A stretch of DNA of 64,000 nucleotides, taken from assembly GCF_016903815.1 (NCBI RefSeq), contig NZ_CP069973.1; one strand, written 5' to 3'. Shown here piece by piece: positions 25,644-37,400 of the stretch. How positions within the stretch are numbered: position 1 is the first letter of the stretch; every line of letters begins with the position of its first letter. Below the pieces are notes generated by a model, which was not told the DNA's origin, ran no database searches, and saw nothing but the letters and a program-made list of their open reading frames with translations. The translations under genes and the position numbers were made by a program. The DNA is from Escherichia coli (GTDB lineage Bacteria; Pseudomonadota; Gammaproteobacteria; Enterobacterales; Enterobacteriaceae).

Positions 25644-25720
25644 TGGTGGCTACGACGGGATTCGAACCTGTGACCCCATCATTATGAGTGATGTGCTCTA
25701 ACCAACTGAGCTACGTAGCC
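25644..25720 (-). tRNA. metU: tRNA-Met elongator (anticodon CAU)
   Basis: 77 nt; anticodon loop ctCATaa; ends in CCA. Confidence 0.9.
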
Positions 25721-25735
25721 AGATTGTTTCTTCGA

Positions 25736-25810
25736 TGGCTGGGGTACCTGGATTCGAACCAGGGAATGCCGGTATCAAAAACCGGTGCCTTACCGCTTGG
25801 CGATACCCCA
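25736..25810 (-). tRNA. glnW: tRNA-Gln (anticodon UUG)
   Basis: 75 nt; anticodon loop ttTTGat. Confidence 0.9.
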
Positions 25811-25844
25811 ATAACCGGGCGGTGAACCGCTTACTCGAAGAAGA

Positions 25845-25919
25845 TGGCTGGGGTACCTGGATTCGAACCAGGGAATGCCGGTATCAAAAACCGGTGCCTT
25901 ACCGCTTGGCGATACCCCA
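25845..25919 (-). tRNA. glnU: tRNA-Gln (anticodon UUG)
   Basis: Identical copy of the preceding tRNA-Gln(UUG). Confidence 0.9.
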
Positions 25920-25942
25920 TCCGTACAACGCTTTCTGGTGAA

Positions 25943-26027
25943 TGGTGCGGGAGGCGAGACTTGAACTCGCACACCTTGCGGCGCCAGAACCTAAATCTGG
26001 TGCGTCTACCAATTTCGCCACTCCCGC
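25943..26027 (-). tRNA. leuW: tRNA-Leu (anticodon UAG), long variable arm
   Basis: 85 nt; anticodon loop ttTAGgt; ends in CCA. Confidence 0.9.
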
Positions 26028-26035
26028 AAAAAAGA

Positions 26036-26112
26036 TGGTGGCTACGACGGGATTCGAACCTGTGACCCCATCATTATGAGTGATGTGCTCTAACCAACTG
26101 AGCTACGTAGCC
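26036..26112 (-). tRNA. metT: tRNA-Met elongator (anticodon CAU)
   Basis: Identical to the metU copy. Confidence 0.9.
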
Positions 26113-26151
26113 ATCTTTTTTTCGCGATACCTTATCGGCGTTGCGGGGCGC

Positions 26152-26180
26152 ATTATGCGTATAGAGCCTTGCAGCGTCAA
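26152..26180 (-). promoter_or_regulatory. Candidate sigma70 promoter of the metT tRNA operon (-35 TTGACG, 17-bp spacer, -10 CATAAT, GC-rich discriminator)
   Basis: Hexamers read on the minus strand about 40 bp upstream of metT; the GC-rich discriminator is typical of stringently controlled stable-RNA promoters. Confidence 0.5.
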
Positions 26181-26456
26181 CCTCTTTTTCAAGGAAAATT
26201 GCTCGAAAGTGACTGTTTGGTTAGGTTGCGAACAGCGTGGCGCTATATTCGTCAATTATTGTTTACTTTGTGTTTTTTCCCCACCCTACAGCCATTCTTT
26301 TGTCATACAGGATGAAATTCGGAATTCAACAATAGTGGTGGGAAATTAATCAATGAAATACTGGCCTACAGTGATGAGTTGTCAAACAGTGATGTGGCAA
26401 ACCCGGAACATTTCCTTACTGCATATCAGAATCAACAAGCAGCTCAATAACTGAAA

Positions 26457-26480
26457 CTGCCCCGGATTTCTCCGGGGCAG
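26457..26480 (-). terminator. Hairpin downstream of asnB (ctgccccgga-tttctc-cggggcag)
   Basis: 8-bp GC stem just past the asnB stop codon. Confidence 0.4.
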
Positions 26481-26491
26481 TACCGCATTTC

Positions 26492-28156
26492 TTACTTATA
26501 CGCCGACTGGTGAACACCAACCGCACGACCAGACGGATCGTCCATTTTCTTGAACGCCTCATCCCACTCGATCGCTTTAGCGGAAGAACACGCGACGGAA
26601 GGGCCGCCCGGCACGCACTCAGCGGCGCTCGGAAGCGGGAACAGTTCTTCAAAGATCTCCCGGTACAGATACGCTTCTTTGGACGTCGGCGTGTTGTACG
26701 GGAAGCGGAAGCGGGCAGTTTCCAGCTGTTGATCAGAAACCTGCTGCGCCGCTACTTCTTTCAGGGTGTCGATCCAACTGTAACCGACGCCATCGGAGAA
26801 CTGCTCTTTCTGCCGCCAGGCAACACTTGCAGGCAGATACGCTTCAAAACATTCACGCAGGATGTGTTTTTCCATTTTGCCGTTACCGCACATTTTATCC
26901 TGTGGGTTAATACGCATCGCCACATCAAGGAATTTTTTGTCGAGGAACGGAACGCGTGCTTCCACGCCCCAGGCTGACATCGCTTTGTTGGCACGCGCGC
27001 AGTCATACATATGCAGGGCCAGCAGTTTACGCACCGTCTCTTCATGCAGTTCTTTGGCATTCGGTGCTTTGTGGAAGTAAAGATAACCGCCAAACACTTC
27101 ATCAGAACCTTCACCGGACAGCACCATTTTAATGCCCATCGCCTTGATCTTACGCGACATTAAATACATCGGTGTTGAAGCGCGAATAGTGGTCACATCA
27201 TAGGTTTCGATGTGGTAAATCACGTCGCGGATGGCGTCCAGACCTTCCTGTACAGTGAAGTGAATTTCGTGATGCACAGTGCCCAGATGGTTTGCCACTT
27301 CCTGGGCTGCCTTCAGATCCGGTGAACCCGGCAGACCTACAGCAAAGGAGTGTAACTGCGGCCACCAGGCTTCAGAACGTTCCTGATCTTCCACGCGACG
27401 GGCGGCGTATTTCTTGGTGATCGCGGAAATAATTGAGGAATCCAGACCACCAGAAAGCAGCACACCGTAAGGCACATCAGACATCAAATGGCTTTTAACG
27501 GAATCTTCCAGTGCCTGACGCAGCTCGTTTTTGTCGGTCACGTTATCTTTCACTGCATCAAAGTCGAACCAGTCGCGGTGATAATAAGAACGGATTTCGC
27601 CGTCCTGACTCCACAAATAGCTCCCCGCCGGGAACTCTTTAATCGTGCGGCATACCGGCACCAGGGCTTTCATTTCTGAGGCCACATACAGCTGACCATG
27701 TTCGTCATAGCCCATATACAGTGGGATGATCCCCAGATGGTCGCGACCAATCAGATACGCATCTTTTTCGCTGTCGTACAGGGCAAAGGCAAACATGCCC
27801 TGCAAGTCGTCGAGAAATTCCGGCCCTTTTTCCTGATACAGCGCGAGGATAACTTCACAGTCAGACCCGGTCTGGAACTGGTAACGATCGCCATATTCAG
27901 CGCGCAATGCCTGGTGGTTGTAGATTTCACCGTTTACTGCCAGCACGTGGGTTTTTTGTTGGTTGTAGAGAGGTTGCGCCCCCGCGTTAACGTCAACAAT
28001 GGACAGACGTTCGTGGGCGAGAATGGCGTTATCGCTGGCATAAATACCGGACCAGTCCGGGCCACGATGACGCATCAGGCGTGACAGCTCGAGTGCTTTC
28101 TTGCGCAGCTCAACTGCGTCTGTTTTGATATCGAATACGCCAAAAATTGAACACAT
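26492..28156 (-). CDS. asnB: Asparagine synthetase B, glutamine-hydrolysing (554 aa from MCSIFGV)
   Basis: N-terminal Cys2 (MCSIFG) class-II amidotransferase nucleophile; SGGLDSS PP-loop motif; the track ORF extends 27 codons upstream. Confidence 0.92.
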   Translation of the reverse strand: MCSIFGVFDIKTDAVELRKKALELSRLMRHRGPDWSGIYASDNAILAHERLSIVDVNAGAQPLYNQQKTHVLAVNGEIYNHQALRAEYGDRYQFQTGSDCEVILALYQEKGPEFLDDLQGMFAFALYDSEKDAYLIGRDHLGIIPLYMGYDEHGQLYVASEMKALVPVCRTIKEFPAGSYLWSQDGEIRSYYHRDWFDFDAVKDNVTDKNELRQALEDSVKSHLMSDVPYGVLLSGGLDSSIISAITKKYAARRVEDQERSEAWWPQLHSFAVGLPGSPDLKAAQEVANHLGTVHHEIHFTVQEGLDAIRDVIYHIETYDVTTIRASTPMYLMSRKIKAMGIKMVLSGEGSDEVFGGYLYFHKAPNAKELHEETVRKLLALHMYDCARANKAMSAWGVEARVPFLDKKFLDVAMRINPQDKMCGNGKMEKHILRECFEAYLPASVAWRQKEQFSDGVGYSWIDTLKEVAAQQVSDQQLETARFRFPYNTPTSKEAYLYREIFEELFPLPSAAECVPGGPSVACSSAKAIEWDEAFKKMDDPSGRAVGVHQSAYK

Positions 28157-28370
28157 AACCTTCTCCGTTAACCTGGTATTTGTTGCTTGTTGTGTTTGCT
28201 TGTTTAAAAAAATGCCGCAAAGCAGCACTGTGCGCAAGCGATTTGGCAGGGGGTAAATAAAAAACGTAATGGTGATTGCTGATTAATGAAAAAGGGTAGG
28301 GTGTGGAGGTGTATTTATTGATGAATCGATAATTTTTGGCGGGTTTTATTGAATGGGCGAATTTTAGTGA

Positions 28371-28407
28371 TGGGTAAAAATAAGAAACCACGCCCTGAGG
28401 CGTGGTT
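28371..28407 (-). terminator. Rho-independent terminator after umpH (aaccacgcc-ctgag-ggcgtggtt plus T-run on the minus strand)
   Basis: 9-bp stem with a minus-strand T-tract. Confidence 0.55.
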
Positions 28408-28412
28408 GCTAT

Positions 28413-29165
28413 TCAGATAACGTCGATTTCGGCGACCGATGGGTAAATCCAGCTGGGGCGGAATGGCATACTGTCGATATCGTCGAGCGACGAAACACCG
28501 GAGAGTACCAGAATCGTCTCCAGACCGGCCTGGAAGCCCGCCAGAATATCGGTACGCAGGTTATCGCCAACAATCACCGTTTCTTCCGAATGCGCCTGCA
28601 TTTTGTTTAATGCTGCGCGGATGATCCACGGACTCGGCTTACCAACATAGAACGGTTTACGTCCGGAGATTTTTTCGATCCCCGCGCATAGCGCGCCACA
28701 GGCCGGATAAAAACCGCGCCCGTGGGTGTCCGGGTTGGTGGCGATAAAGCGTGCACCGTTAGCGACGAAATAGGCTGCTTTATGCATCATGTCCCAGTTG
28801 TAGGAACGCGTTTCGCCAACAATCACAAAATCAGGGTTCACATCGGTAATAGTGAAACCGGCTTTGTACAGTTCATGAATCAGTGCGCCTTCGCCCACCA
28901 CATATGCTTTCTTGCCTTCCTGGCGACGCAGGAAATCGGCGGTTGCCATCGCGGAGGTATAAAACACGCTGTCCGGCACATCGACACCCGCAGTGGCAAA
29001 GCGATTCGCCAGATCTTGCCCGGTCTGTGAAGGATAGTTGGTCAGCAACACCAGCGGCAGGCCTTTATCCATAATCCCGTGCAAAAATTCCGCTGCACCC
29101 GGTACGGCGACGTTATCGTGCATCAGCACGCCGTCGATATCGCAAATTACATTTTTAATGGTCAT
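28413..29165 (-). CDS. umpH: UMP phosphatase UmpH (NagD), HAD superfamily (250 aa)
   Basis: HAD motif I (DIDGVL) near the N-terminus; last gene of the nagBACD cluster. Confidence 0.9.
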   Translation of the reverse strand: MTIKNVICDIDGVLMHDNVAVPGAAEFLHGIMDKGLPLVLLTNYPSQTGQDLANRFATAGVDVPDSVFYTSAMATADFLRRQEGKKAYVVGEGALIHELYKAGFTITDVNPDFVIVGETRSYNWDMMHKAAYFVANGARFIATNPDTHGRGFYPACGALCAGIEKISGRKPFYVGKPSPWIIRAALNKMQAHSEETVIVGDNLRTDILAGFQAGLETILVLSGVSSLDDIDSMPFRPSWIYPSVAEIDVI

Positions 29166-29212
29166 GGACTACCCAGAATATTGACAACAATAAGCGCCAC
29201 TATAAAAGCACA

Positions 29213-30433
29213 TTAATTTTCCAGCAAATGCTGGAGCAAAATACCGTTGAGCATGGCGCGTTTTACCAGCGCAAAAGCGCCGATTGCCGAGCGGTGATCC
29301 AGCTCAGAACGTACCACCGGCAGATTAGTGCGAAACGCCTTCAGCGCCTGGGTATTAATGCAGCTTTCAATAGCAGGGAGCAGCACTTTATCGGCTTCGG
29401 TGATTTCTCCGGCAATAACAATTTTTTGCGGGTTAAACAGGTTGATGGCAATGGCGATGGTTTTGCCCAGATGACGACCGACATACTCAATCACTTCCGA
29501 CGCCAGGCTATCGCCTTTGTTCGCAGCTTTGCAGATAGTTTTTATGGTGCAGTCGTCCAGCGGCACGCGGCTCTGGTAGCCCTGCTTTAACAGATTCAAC
29601 ACCCGTTGTTCAATAGCGGCGTTGGCAGCGATAGTTTCCAGGCAGCCAAAGTTGCCGCAGTGGCAGCGTTCACCCAGCGGTTCGACCTGAATATGGCCAA
29701 TTTCACCGACGTTACCGTTGCGGCCAATAAAAATGCGCCCGTTAGAGATAATCCCGGCCCCGGTTCCGCGATGTACACGCACCAGAATGGAGTCTTCGCA
29801 ATCCTGACTTGCACCGAAGTAGTGCTCCGCCAGCGCCAGACTGCGGATATCGTGGCCGACAAAACAGGTCACTTTAAAACGCTCTTCCAGTGCTTCTACA
29901 AGCCCCCAGTTTTCCACCTGAATATGCGGCATGTAATGAATTTTGCCGCTGTCCGGGTCAACAAGCCCCGGCAGGATCACGGAAATGGCGATCAGCTCGC
30001 GCAGCTTGCGCTGGTAGCTATCAATAAACTGAGCAATGGCATTCAGCAGGGCATGTTCCAGCGTCTGCTGGGTACGTTCCGGCAACGGGTAATGTTCTTC
30101 TGCCAGCACTTTGCTGCTGAGATCAAACAGGGTGATGGTGGCGTCGTGACGACCAAGCCGTACGCCGATTGCGTGGAAATTGCGGGTTTCGGTGACGATA
30201 GAGATAGCGCGGCGGCCCCCGGTGGAGGCCTGCTGATCAACTTCTTTAATCAGCCCGCGTTCGATAAGCTGACGCGTAATTTTGGTTACGCTGGCGGGGG
30301 CAAGCTGGCTTTGCTCGGCAATCTGAATCCGCGAGATTGGCCCATACTGGTCAATCAGGCGATAAACCGCCGCGCTGTTAAGCTGTTTTACGAGATCAAC
30401 ATTACCTATCTGAGCTTGTCCGCCTGGTGTCAT
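29213..30433 (-). CDS. nagC: N-acetylglucosamine repressor NagC (ROK family, 406 aa)
   Basis: N-terminal HTH followed by a ROK sugar-kinase-like domain with a Cys/His zinc motif (CHCGNFGC). Confidence 0.92.
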   Translation of the reverse strand: MTPGGQAQIGNVDLVKQLNSAAVYRLIDQYGPISRIQIAEQSQLAPASVTKITRQLIERGLIKEVDQQASTGGRRAISIVTETRNFHAIGVRLGRHDATITLFDLSSKVLAEEHYPLPERTQQTLEHALLNAIAQFIDSYQRKLRELIAISVILPGLVDPDSGKIHYMPHIQVENWGLVEALEERFKVTCFVGHDIRSLALAEHYFGASQDCEDSILVRVHRGTGAGIISNGRIFIGRNGNVGEIGHIQVEPLGERCHCGNFGCLETIAANAAIEQRVLNLLKQGYQSRVPLDDCTIKTICKAANKGDSLASEVIEYVGRHLGKTIAIAINLFNPQKIVIAGEITEADKVLLPAIESCINTQALKAFRTNLPVVRSELDHRSAIGAFALVKRAMLNGILLQHLLEN

Positions 30434-30441
30434 ACTTTCTC

Positions 30442-32450
<2,009 letters not shown>

Positions 32451-32782
32451 TATTCACCTCAATAAGTAAAATGTAAGCCGTTGGCGGATTAGGCATCTTT
32501 AAGCGTAACCTGGATTTGCGCAGACAGGCGTCAATCCGACCTGATTTTTTGAATGATAAAATAAGTTTTCTGGTTTAGCCAGTAAAAGGGAGTGATGATA
32601 ACGATATTTGGTGACAAAACTCACAAAAGACACGCGTTTAATTTGCGATACGAATTAAATTTTCACACACTCTGTAGCAGATGATCTAACAATCTGATTA
32701 CAGAACATCGGCAGTACAATTTGCAGCAAAATAAAAATACGGCTTTAAACGAGCCAAATAGGGTTCTCGTAGGGGGAATAAG
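32451..32782. promoter_or_regulatory. Divergent nagE / nagBACD control region; NagC operators and a CRP site are expected here
   Basis: Established knowledge of the nag regulon; individual operators were not located by eye. Confidence 0.55.
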
Positions 32783-34729
32783 ATGAATATTTTAGGTTTT
32801 TTCCAGCGACTCGGTAGGGCGTTACAGCTCCCTATCGCGGTGCTGCCGGTGGCGGCGCTGTTGCTGCGATTCGGTCAGCCAGATTTACTTAACGTTGCGT
32901 TTATTGCCCAGGCGGGCGGTGCGATTTTTGATAACCTCGCATTAATCTTCGCCATCGGCGTGGCATCCAGCTGGTCGAAAGACAGCGCAGGTGCGGCGGC
33001 ACTGGCGGGTGCGGTAGGTTACTTTGTGTTAACCAAAGCGATGGTGACCATCAACCCGGAAATTAACATGGGTGTACTGGCGGGTATCATTACCGGTCTG
33101 GTCGGTGGTGCAGCCTATAACCGTTGGTCCGATATTAAACTGCCGGACTTCCTGAGCTTCTTCGGCGGCAAACGCTTTGTGCCGATCGCCACCGGCTTCT
33201 TCTGTCTGGTGCTGGCGGCCATTTTTGGTTACGTCTGGCCGCCGGTACAGCACGCTATCCATGCAGGCGGCGAGTGGATCGTTTCTGCGGGCGCGCTGGG
33301 TTCCGGTATCTTTGGTTTCATCAACCGTCTGCTGATCCCAACCGGTCTGCATCAGGTGCTGAACACCATCGCCTGGTTCCAGATTGGTGAATTCACCAAC
33401 GCGGCGGGAACGGTTTTCCACGGTGATATCAACCGCTTCTATGCCGGTGACGGCACCGCGGGGATGTTCATGTCCGGCTTCTTCCCGATTATGATGTTCG
33501 GTCTGCCAGGTGCGGCGCTGGCGATGTACTTCGCAGCACCGAAAGAGCGTCGTCCGATGGTTGGCGGGATGCTGCTTTCTGTTGCTGTTACTGCGTTCCT
33601 GACCGGTGTGACTGAGCCGCTGGAATTCCTGTTCATGTTCCTTGCGCCGCTGCTGTACCTCCTGCACGCACTGCTGACCGGTATCAGCCTGTTTGTGGCA
33701 ACGCTGCTGGGTATCCACGCGGGCTTCTCCTTCTCTGCGGGGGCTATCGACTACGCGTTGATGTATAACCTGCCGGCCGCCAGCCAGAACGTCTGGATGC
33801 TGCTGGTGATGGGTGTTGTCTTCTTCGCTATCTACTTCGTGGTGTTCAGTTTGGTTATCCGCATGTTCAACCTGAAAACGCCGGGTCGTGAAGATAAAGA
33901 AGATGAGATCGTTACTGAAGAAGCCAACAGCAACACTGAAGAAGGCCTCAATCAACTGGCGACCAACTATATTGCTGCGGTTGGCGGCACTGACAACCTG
34001 AAAGCAATTGACGCCTGTATTACTCGTCTGCGCCTGACCGTGGTTGACTCGGCTCGCGTCAACGATGCGATGTGTAAACGGCTGGGTGCTTCTGGGGTAG
34101 TGAAACTGAACAAACAGACTATTCAGGTGATTGTTGGCGCGAAAGCGGAATCCATTGGCGATGCAATGAAGAAAGTTGTTGCCCGTGGTCCGGTAGCCGC
34201 TGCGTCAGCTGAAACTGCGCCTGCAACTGCCGCGCCTGTAGCAAAACCGCAGGCTATACCAAACGCGGTGTCTGTCGCGGAGCTGGTATCGCCGATTACC
34301 GGTGATGTTGTGGCACTGGATCAGGTTCCTGACGAAGCATTCGCCAGCAAAGCGGTGGGTGACGGTGTGGCGGTGAAACCGACAGATAAAATCGTCGTAT
34401 CACCAGCCGCAGGGACAATCGTGAAAATCTTCAACACCAACCACGCGTTCTGTCTGGAAACCGAAAAAGGCGCGGAGATCGTCGTCCATATGGGTATCGA
34501 CACCGTAGCGCTGGAAGGTAAAGGCTTTAAACGTCTGGTGGAAGAGGGCGCGCAAGTAAGCGCAGGGCAACCGATTCTGGAAATGGATCTGGATTACCTG
34601 AACGCTAACGCCCGTTCGATGATTAGCCCGGTGGTTTGCAGCAATATCGACGATTTCAGCGGCTTGATCATTAAAGCTCAGGGCCATGTTGTGGCGGGTC
34701 AAACACCGCTGTATGAAATCAAAAAGTAA
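32783..34729 (+). CDS. nagE: PTS N-acetylglucosamine-specific EIICBA component NagE (648 aa)
   Basis: N-terminal polytopic EIIC, EIIB Cys motif (CITRLR) and C-terminal EIIA domain. Confidence 0.92.
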   Translation: MNILGFFQRLGRALQLPIAVLPVAALLLRFGQPDLLNVAFIAQAGGAIFDNLALIFAIGVASSWSKDSAGAAALAGAVGYFVLTKAMVTINPEINMGVLAGIITGLVGGAAYNRWSDIKLPDFLSFFGGKRFVPIATGFFCLVLAAIFGYVWPPVQHAIHAGGEWIVSAGALGSGIFGFINRLLIPTGLHQVLNTIAWFQIGEFTNAAGTVFHGDINRFYAGDGTAGMFMSGFFPIMMFGLPGAALAMYFAAPKERRPMVGGMLLSVAVTAFLTGVTEPLEFLFMFLAPLLYLLHALLTGISLFVATLLGIHAGFSFSAGAIDYALMYNLPAASQNVWMLLVMGVVFFAIYFVVFSLVIRMFNLKTPGREDKEDEIVTEEANSNTEEGLNQLATNYIAAVGGTDNLKAIDACITRLRLTVVDSARVNDAMCKRLGASGVVKLNKQTIQVIVGAKAESIGDAMKKVVARGPVAAASAETAPATAAPVAKPQAIPNAVSVAELVSPITGDVVALDQVPDEAFASKAVGDGVAVKPTDKIVVSPAAGTIVKIFNTNHAFCLETEKGAEIVVHMGIDTVALEGKGFKRLVEEGAQVSAGQPILEMDLDYLNANARSMISPVVCSNIDDFSGLIIKAQGHVVAGQTPLYEIKK

Positions 34730-34777
34730 TCTGCTTTATACCTGATGCGACACGGCAGCGTCGCATCCAACAATGAC

Positions 34778-34809
34778 AAGCGGTGGAGATCTTCTCTGCC
34801 GCTTTTTTT
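34778..34809 (+). terminator. Probable native nagE terminator (aagcgg...ccgcttttttt), preceded by a REP-like palindrome at 34744..34767
   Basis: 6-bp stem plus T7 run; the palindrome gatgcgacacggcagcgtcgcatc sits immediately upstream. Confidence 0.45.
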
Positions 34810-35518
34810 GTGCACAGAAAACCCCCAGCTAGGCTGGGGGTTCCGGAAAGCTTTCAGCTTTAAGCCAGTTATTAAAACCCCTTTTGATTTGTTAAAACAC
34901 CTTGCGGTCTGGCAACTGCAAGTGTCAAACAAGAAATCAAAAGGGGGTCCCAATGGGGAACGAAAAGAGCTTAGCGCACACCCGATGGAACTGTAAATAT
35001 CACATAGTTTTTGCGCCAAAATACCGAAGACAGGTGTTCTACAGAGAGAAGCGTAGAGCAATAGGCAGTATTTTGAGAAAGCTGTGTGAGTGGAAAAGTG
35101 TACGGATTCTGGAAGCTGAATGCTGTGCAGATCATATCCATATGCTTGTGGAGATCCCGCCCAAAATGAGCGTATCCGGCTTTATGGGATATCTGAAAGG
35201 GAAAAGCAGTCTGATGCTTTACGAGCAGTTTGGTGATTTGAAATTCAAATACAGGAACAGGGAGTTCTGGTGCAGAGGGTACTACGTCGATACGGTGGGT
35301 AAGAACACGGCGAAGATACAGGATTACATAAAGCACCAGCTTGAAGAGGATAAAATGGGAGAGCAGTTATCGATTCCCTATCCGGGCAGCCCGTTTACGG
35401 GCCGTAAGTAACGAAGTTGGATGCAAATGTCAGATCGTGTGCGCCTGTTAGGGCGCGGCTGGTAAGAGAGCCTTATAGGCGCATTTGAAAAACCTCCGGC
35501 TATGCCGGAGGATATTTA
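34808..35518 (+). mobile_element. IS200-family insertion sequence (IS200/IS605 family); boundaries approximate (about ±15 bp)
   Basis: Contains an IS200-type tnpA; left-end hairpin aaaaccccc-agctaggct-gggggtt (34817..34842) and right-end hairpin cctccggc-tatg-ccggagg (35493..35511); length about 710 bp fits IS200; flanked by the nagE terminator and the glnS promoter. Confidence 0.8.
34953..35411 (+). CDS. tnpA: IS200 transposase TnpA (HuH Y1 transposase, 152 aa from MGNEKSLAHTRWNCKYHIVF)
   Basis: HuH motif (HIHMLVEIPP) and catalytic-Tyr region (GYYVDTVG); near-identical to IS200 TnpA as recalled; the track ORF starts 17 codons upstream. Confidence 0.88.
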   Translation: MGNEKSLAHTRWNCKYHIVFAPKYRRQVFYREKRRAIGSILRKLCEWKSVRILEAECCADHIHMLVEIPPKMSVSGFMGYLKGKSSLMLYEQFGDLKFKYRNREFWCRGYYVDTVGKNTAKIQDYIKHQLEEDKMGEQLSIPYPGSPFTGRK

Positions 35519-35559
35519 TTTTTCATCAATCATCCCCATAATCTCAGTGAGATTTTCGA

Positions 35560-35643
35560 TTTTCACTAACTAACAGTTGTCAGCCTGTCCCGCTTATAAG
35601 ATCATACGCCGTTATACGTTGTTTACGCTTTGAGGAATCCACG
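35560..35643 (+). promoter_or_regulatory. glnS promoter and 5' leader, retained downstream of the IS200 right end
   Basis: Sequence ttgtcagcctgtcccgcttataagatcat offers candidate -35/-10 elements about 60 bp upstream of the glnS ATG; inference. Confidence 0.4.
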
Positions 35644-37308
35644 ATGAGTGAGGCAGAAGCCCGCCCGACTAACTTTATTCGTCAGATCATCGATGAAGAT
35701 CTGGCCAGTGGTAAGCACACCACAGTACACACCCGTTTCCCGCCGGAGCCGAATGGCTATCTGCATATTGGCCATGCGAAATCTATCTGCCTGAACTTCG
35801 GGATCGCCCAGGACTATAAAGGCCAGTGCAACCTGCGTTTCGACGACACTAACCCGGTAAAAGAAGATATCGAGTATGTTGAGTCGATCAAAAACGACGT
35901 AGAGTGGTTAGGTTTTCACTGGTCTGGTAACGTCCGTTACTCCTCCGATTATTTTGATCAGCTCCACGCCTATGCGATCGAACTGATCAATAAAGGCCTG
36001 GCGTACGTTGATGAACTGACACCGGAACAGATCCGCGAATACCGCGGCACCCTGACGCAGCCGGGTAAAAACAGCCCGTACCGCGACCGCAGCGTTGAAG
36101 AGAACCTGGCGCTGTTCGAAAAAATGCGTACCGGTGGTTTTGAAGAAGGTAAAGCCTGCCTGCGTGCGAAAATCGACATGGCGTCGCCATTTATCGTAAT
36201 GCGCGATCCGGTGCTGTACCGCATTAAATTTGCTGAACACCACCAGACTGGCAACAAGTGGTGCATCTACCCGATGTACGACTTCACCCATTGCATCAGC
36301 GATGCGCTGGAAGGTATTACGCACTCTCTGTGTACGCTTGAGTTCCAGGACAACCGTCGCCTGTACGACTGGGTGCTGGACAACATCACCATTCCTGTTC
36401 ACCCGCGCCAGTACGAATTCTCGCGCCTGAATCTGGAATACACTGTGATGTCCAAGCGTAAGCTGAACCTGCTGGTGACCGACAAGCACGTTGAAGGCTG
36501 GGATGACCCGCGTATGCCGACCATTTCCGGTCTGCGTCGTCGTGGTTACACTGCGGCTTCTATTCGTGAGTTCTGCAAACGCATCGGTGTGACCAAGCAG
36601 GACAACACCATTGAGATGGCGTCACTGGAATCCTGCATCCGTGAAGATCTCAACGAAAATGCGCCGCGCGCAATGGCGGTTATCGATCCGGTGAAACTGG
36701 TTATCGAAAACTACCATGGCGAAGGCGAAATGGTCACCATGCCGAACCATCCGAACAAACCGGAAATGGGGAGCCGTCAGGTGCCGTTTAGCGGTGAGAT
36801 TTGGATCGATCGCGCCGATTTCCGCGAAGAAGCTAACAAGCAGTACAAACGTCTGGTGCTGGGTAAAGAAGTGCGTCTGCGTAATGCTTACGTCATTAAG
36901 GCTGAACGCGTGGAGAAAGATGCCGAAGGCAATATCACCACCATCTTCTGTACTTATGACGCCGACACCTTAAGCAAAGATCCGGCAGATGGTCGTAAAG
37001 TCAAAGGTGTTATTCACTGGGTGAGCGCGGCACATGCGCTGCCGGTTGAAATCCGCCTGTACGATCGTCTGTTCAGCGTGCCGAACCCAGGTGCTGCGGA
37101 TGATTTCCTGTCGGTGATTAACCCGGAATCGCTGGTGATCAAACAGGGCTTTGCTGAACCGTCTCTGAAAGACGCGGTTGCGGGTAAAGCATTCCAGTTT
37201 GAACGTGAAGGTTATTTCTGCCTCGACAGCCGCCATTCCACTGCCGAAAAACCGGTATTTAACCGCACCGTAGGGCTGCGTGATACCTGGGCGAAAGTAG
37301 GCGAGTAG
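35644..37308 (+). CDS. glnS: Glutamine--tRNA ligase GlnS (554 aa)
   Basis: HIGH (HIGHAKS) and KMSKS-like (VMSKR) class I motifs. Confidence 0.93.
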   Translation: MSEAEARPTNFIRQIIDEDLASGKHTTVHTRFPPEPNGYLHIGHAKSICLNFGIAQDYKGQCNLRFDDTNPVKEDIEYVESIKNDVEWLGFHWSGNVRYSSDYFDQLHAYAIELINKGLAYVDELTPEQIREYRGTLTQPGKNSPYRDRSVEENLALFEKMRTGGFEEGKACLRAKIDMASPFIVMRDPVLYRIKFAEHHQTGNKWCIYPMYDFTHCISDALEGITHSLCTLEFQDNRRLYDWVLDNITIPVHPRQYEFSRLNLEYTVMSKRKLNLLVTDKHVEGWDDPRMPTISGLRRRGYTAASIREFCKRIGVTKQDNTIEMASLESCIREDLNENAPRAMAVIDPVKLVIENYHGEGEMVTMPNHPNKPEMGSRQVPFSGEIWIDRADFREEANKQYKRLVLGKEVRLRNAYVIKAERVEKDAEGNITTIFCTYDADTLSKDPADGRKVKGVIHWVSAAHALPVEIRLYDRLFSVPNPGAADDFLSVINPESLVIKQGFAEPSLKDAVAGKAFQFEREGYFCLDSRHSTAEKPVFNRTVGLRDTWAKVGE

Positions 37309-37321
37309 TTTTAAGTTCTAC

Positions 37322-37353
37322 CAGGCCGGGTGAGGTATTCACGCCGCATCCGG
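37322..37353. repeat. REP element downstream of glnS
   Basis: aggccgggtgaggtattcacgccgcatccggc matches the REP pattern. Confidence 0.55.
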
Positions 37354-37374
37354 CAAGAAATATGCAAACAATCC

Positions 37375-37400
37375 AAAACGCCGCGTTCAGCGGCGTTTTT
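37375..37400 (+). terminator. glnS rho-independent terminator (aaacgccgc-gttca-gcggcgtttttt)
   Basis: 7-bp GC stem plus T6. Confidence 0.7.

Noticed and set aside
33029-33955. 308-aa minus-strand ORF inside nagE
   Set aside because: Antisense to a well-supported conserved gene; the sequence is low-complexity (His/Gln/Arg-rich), typical of a shadow ORF.
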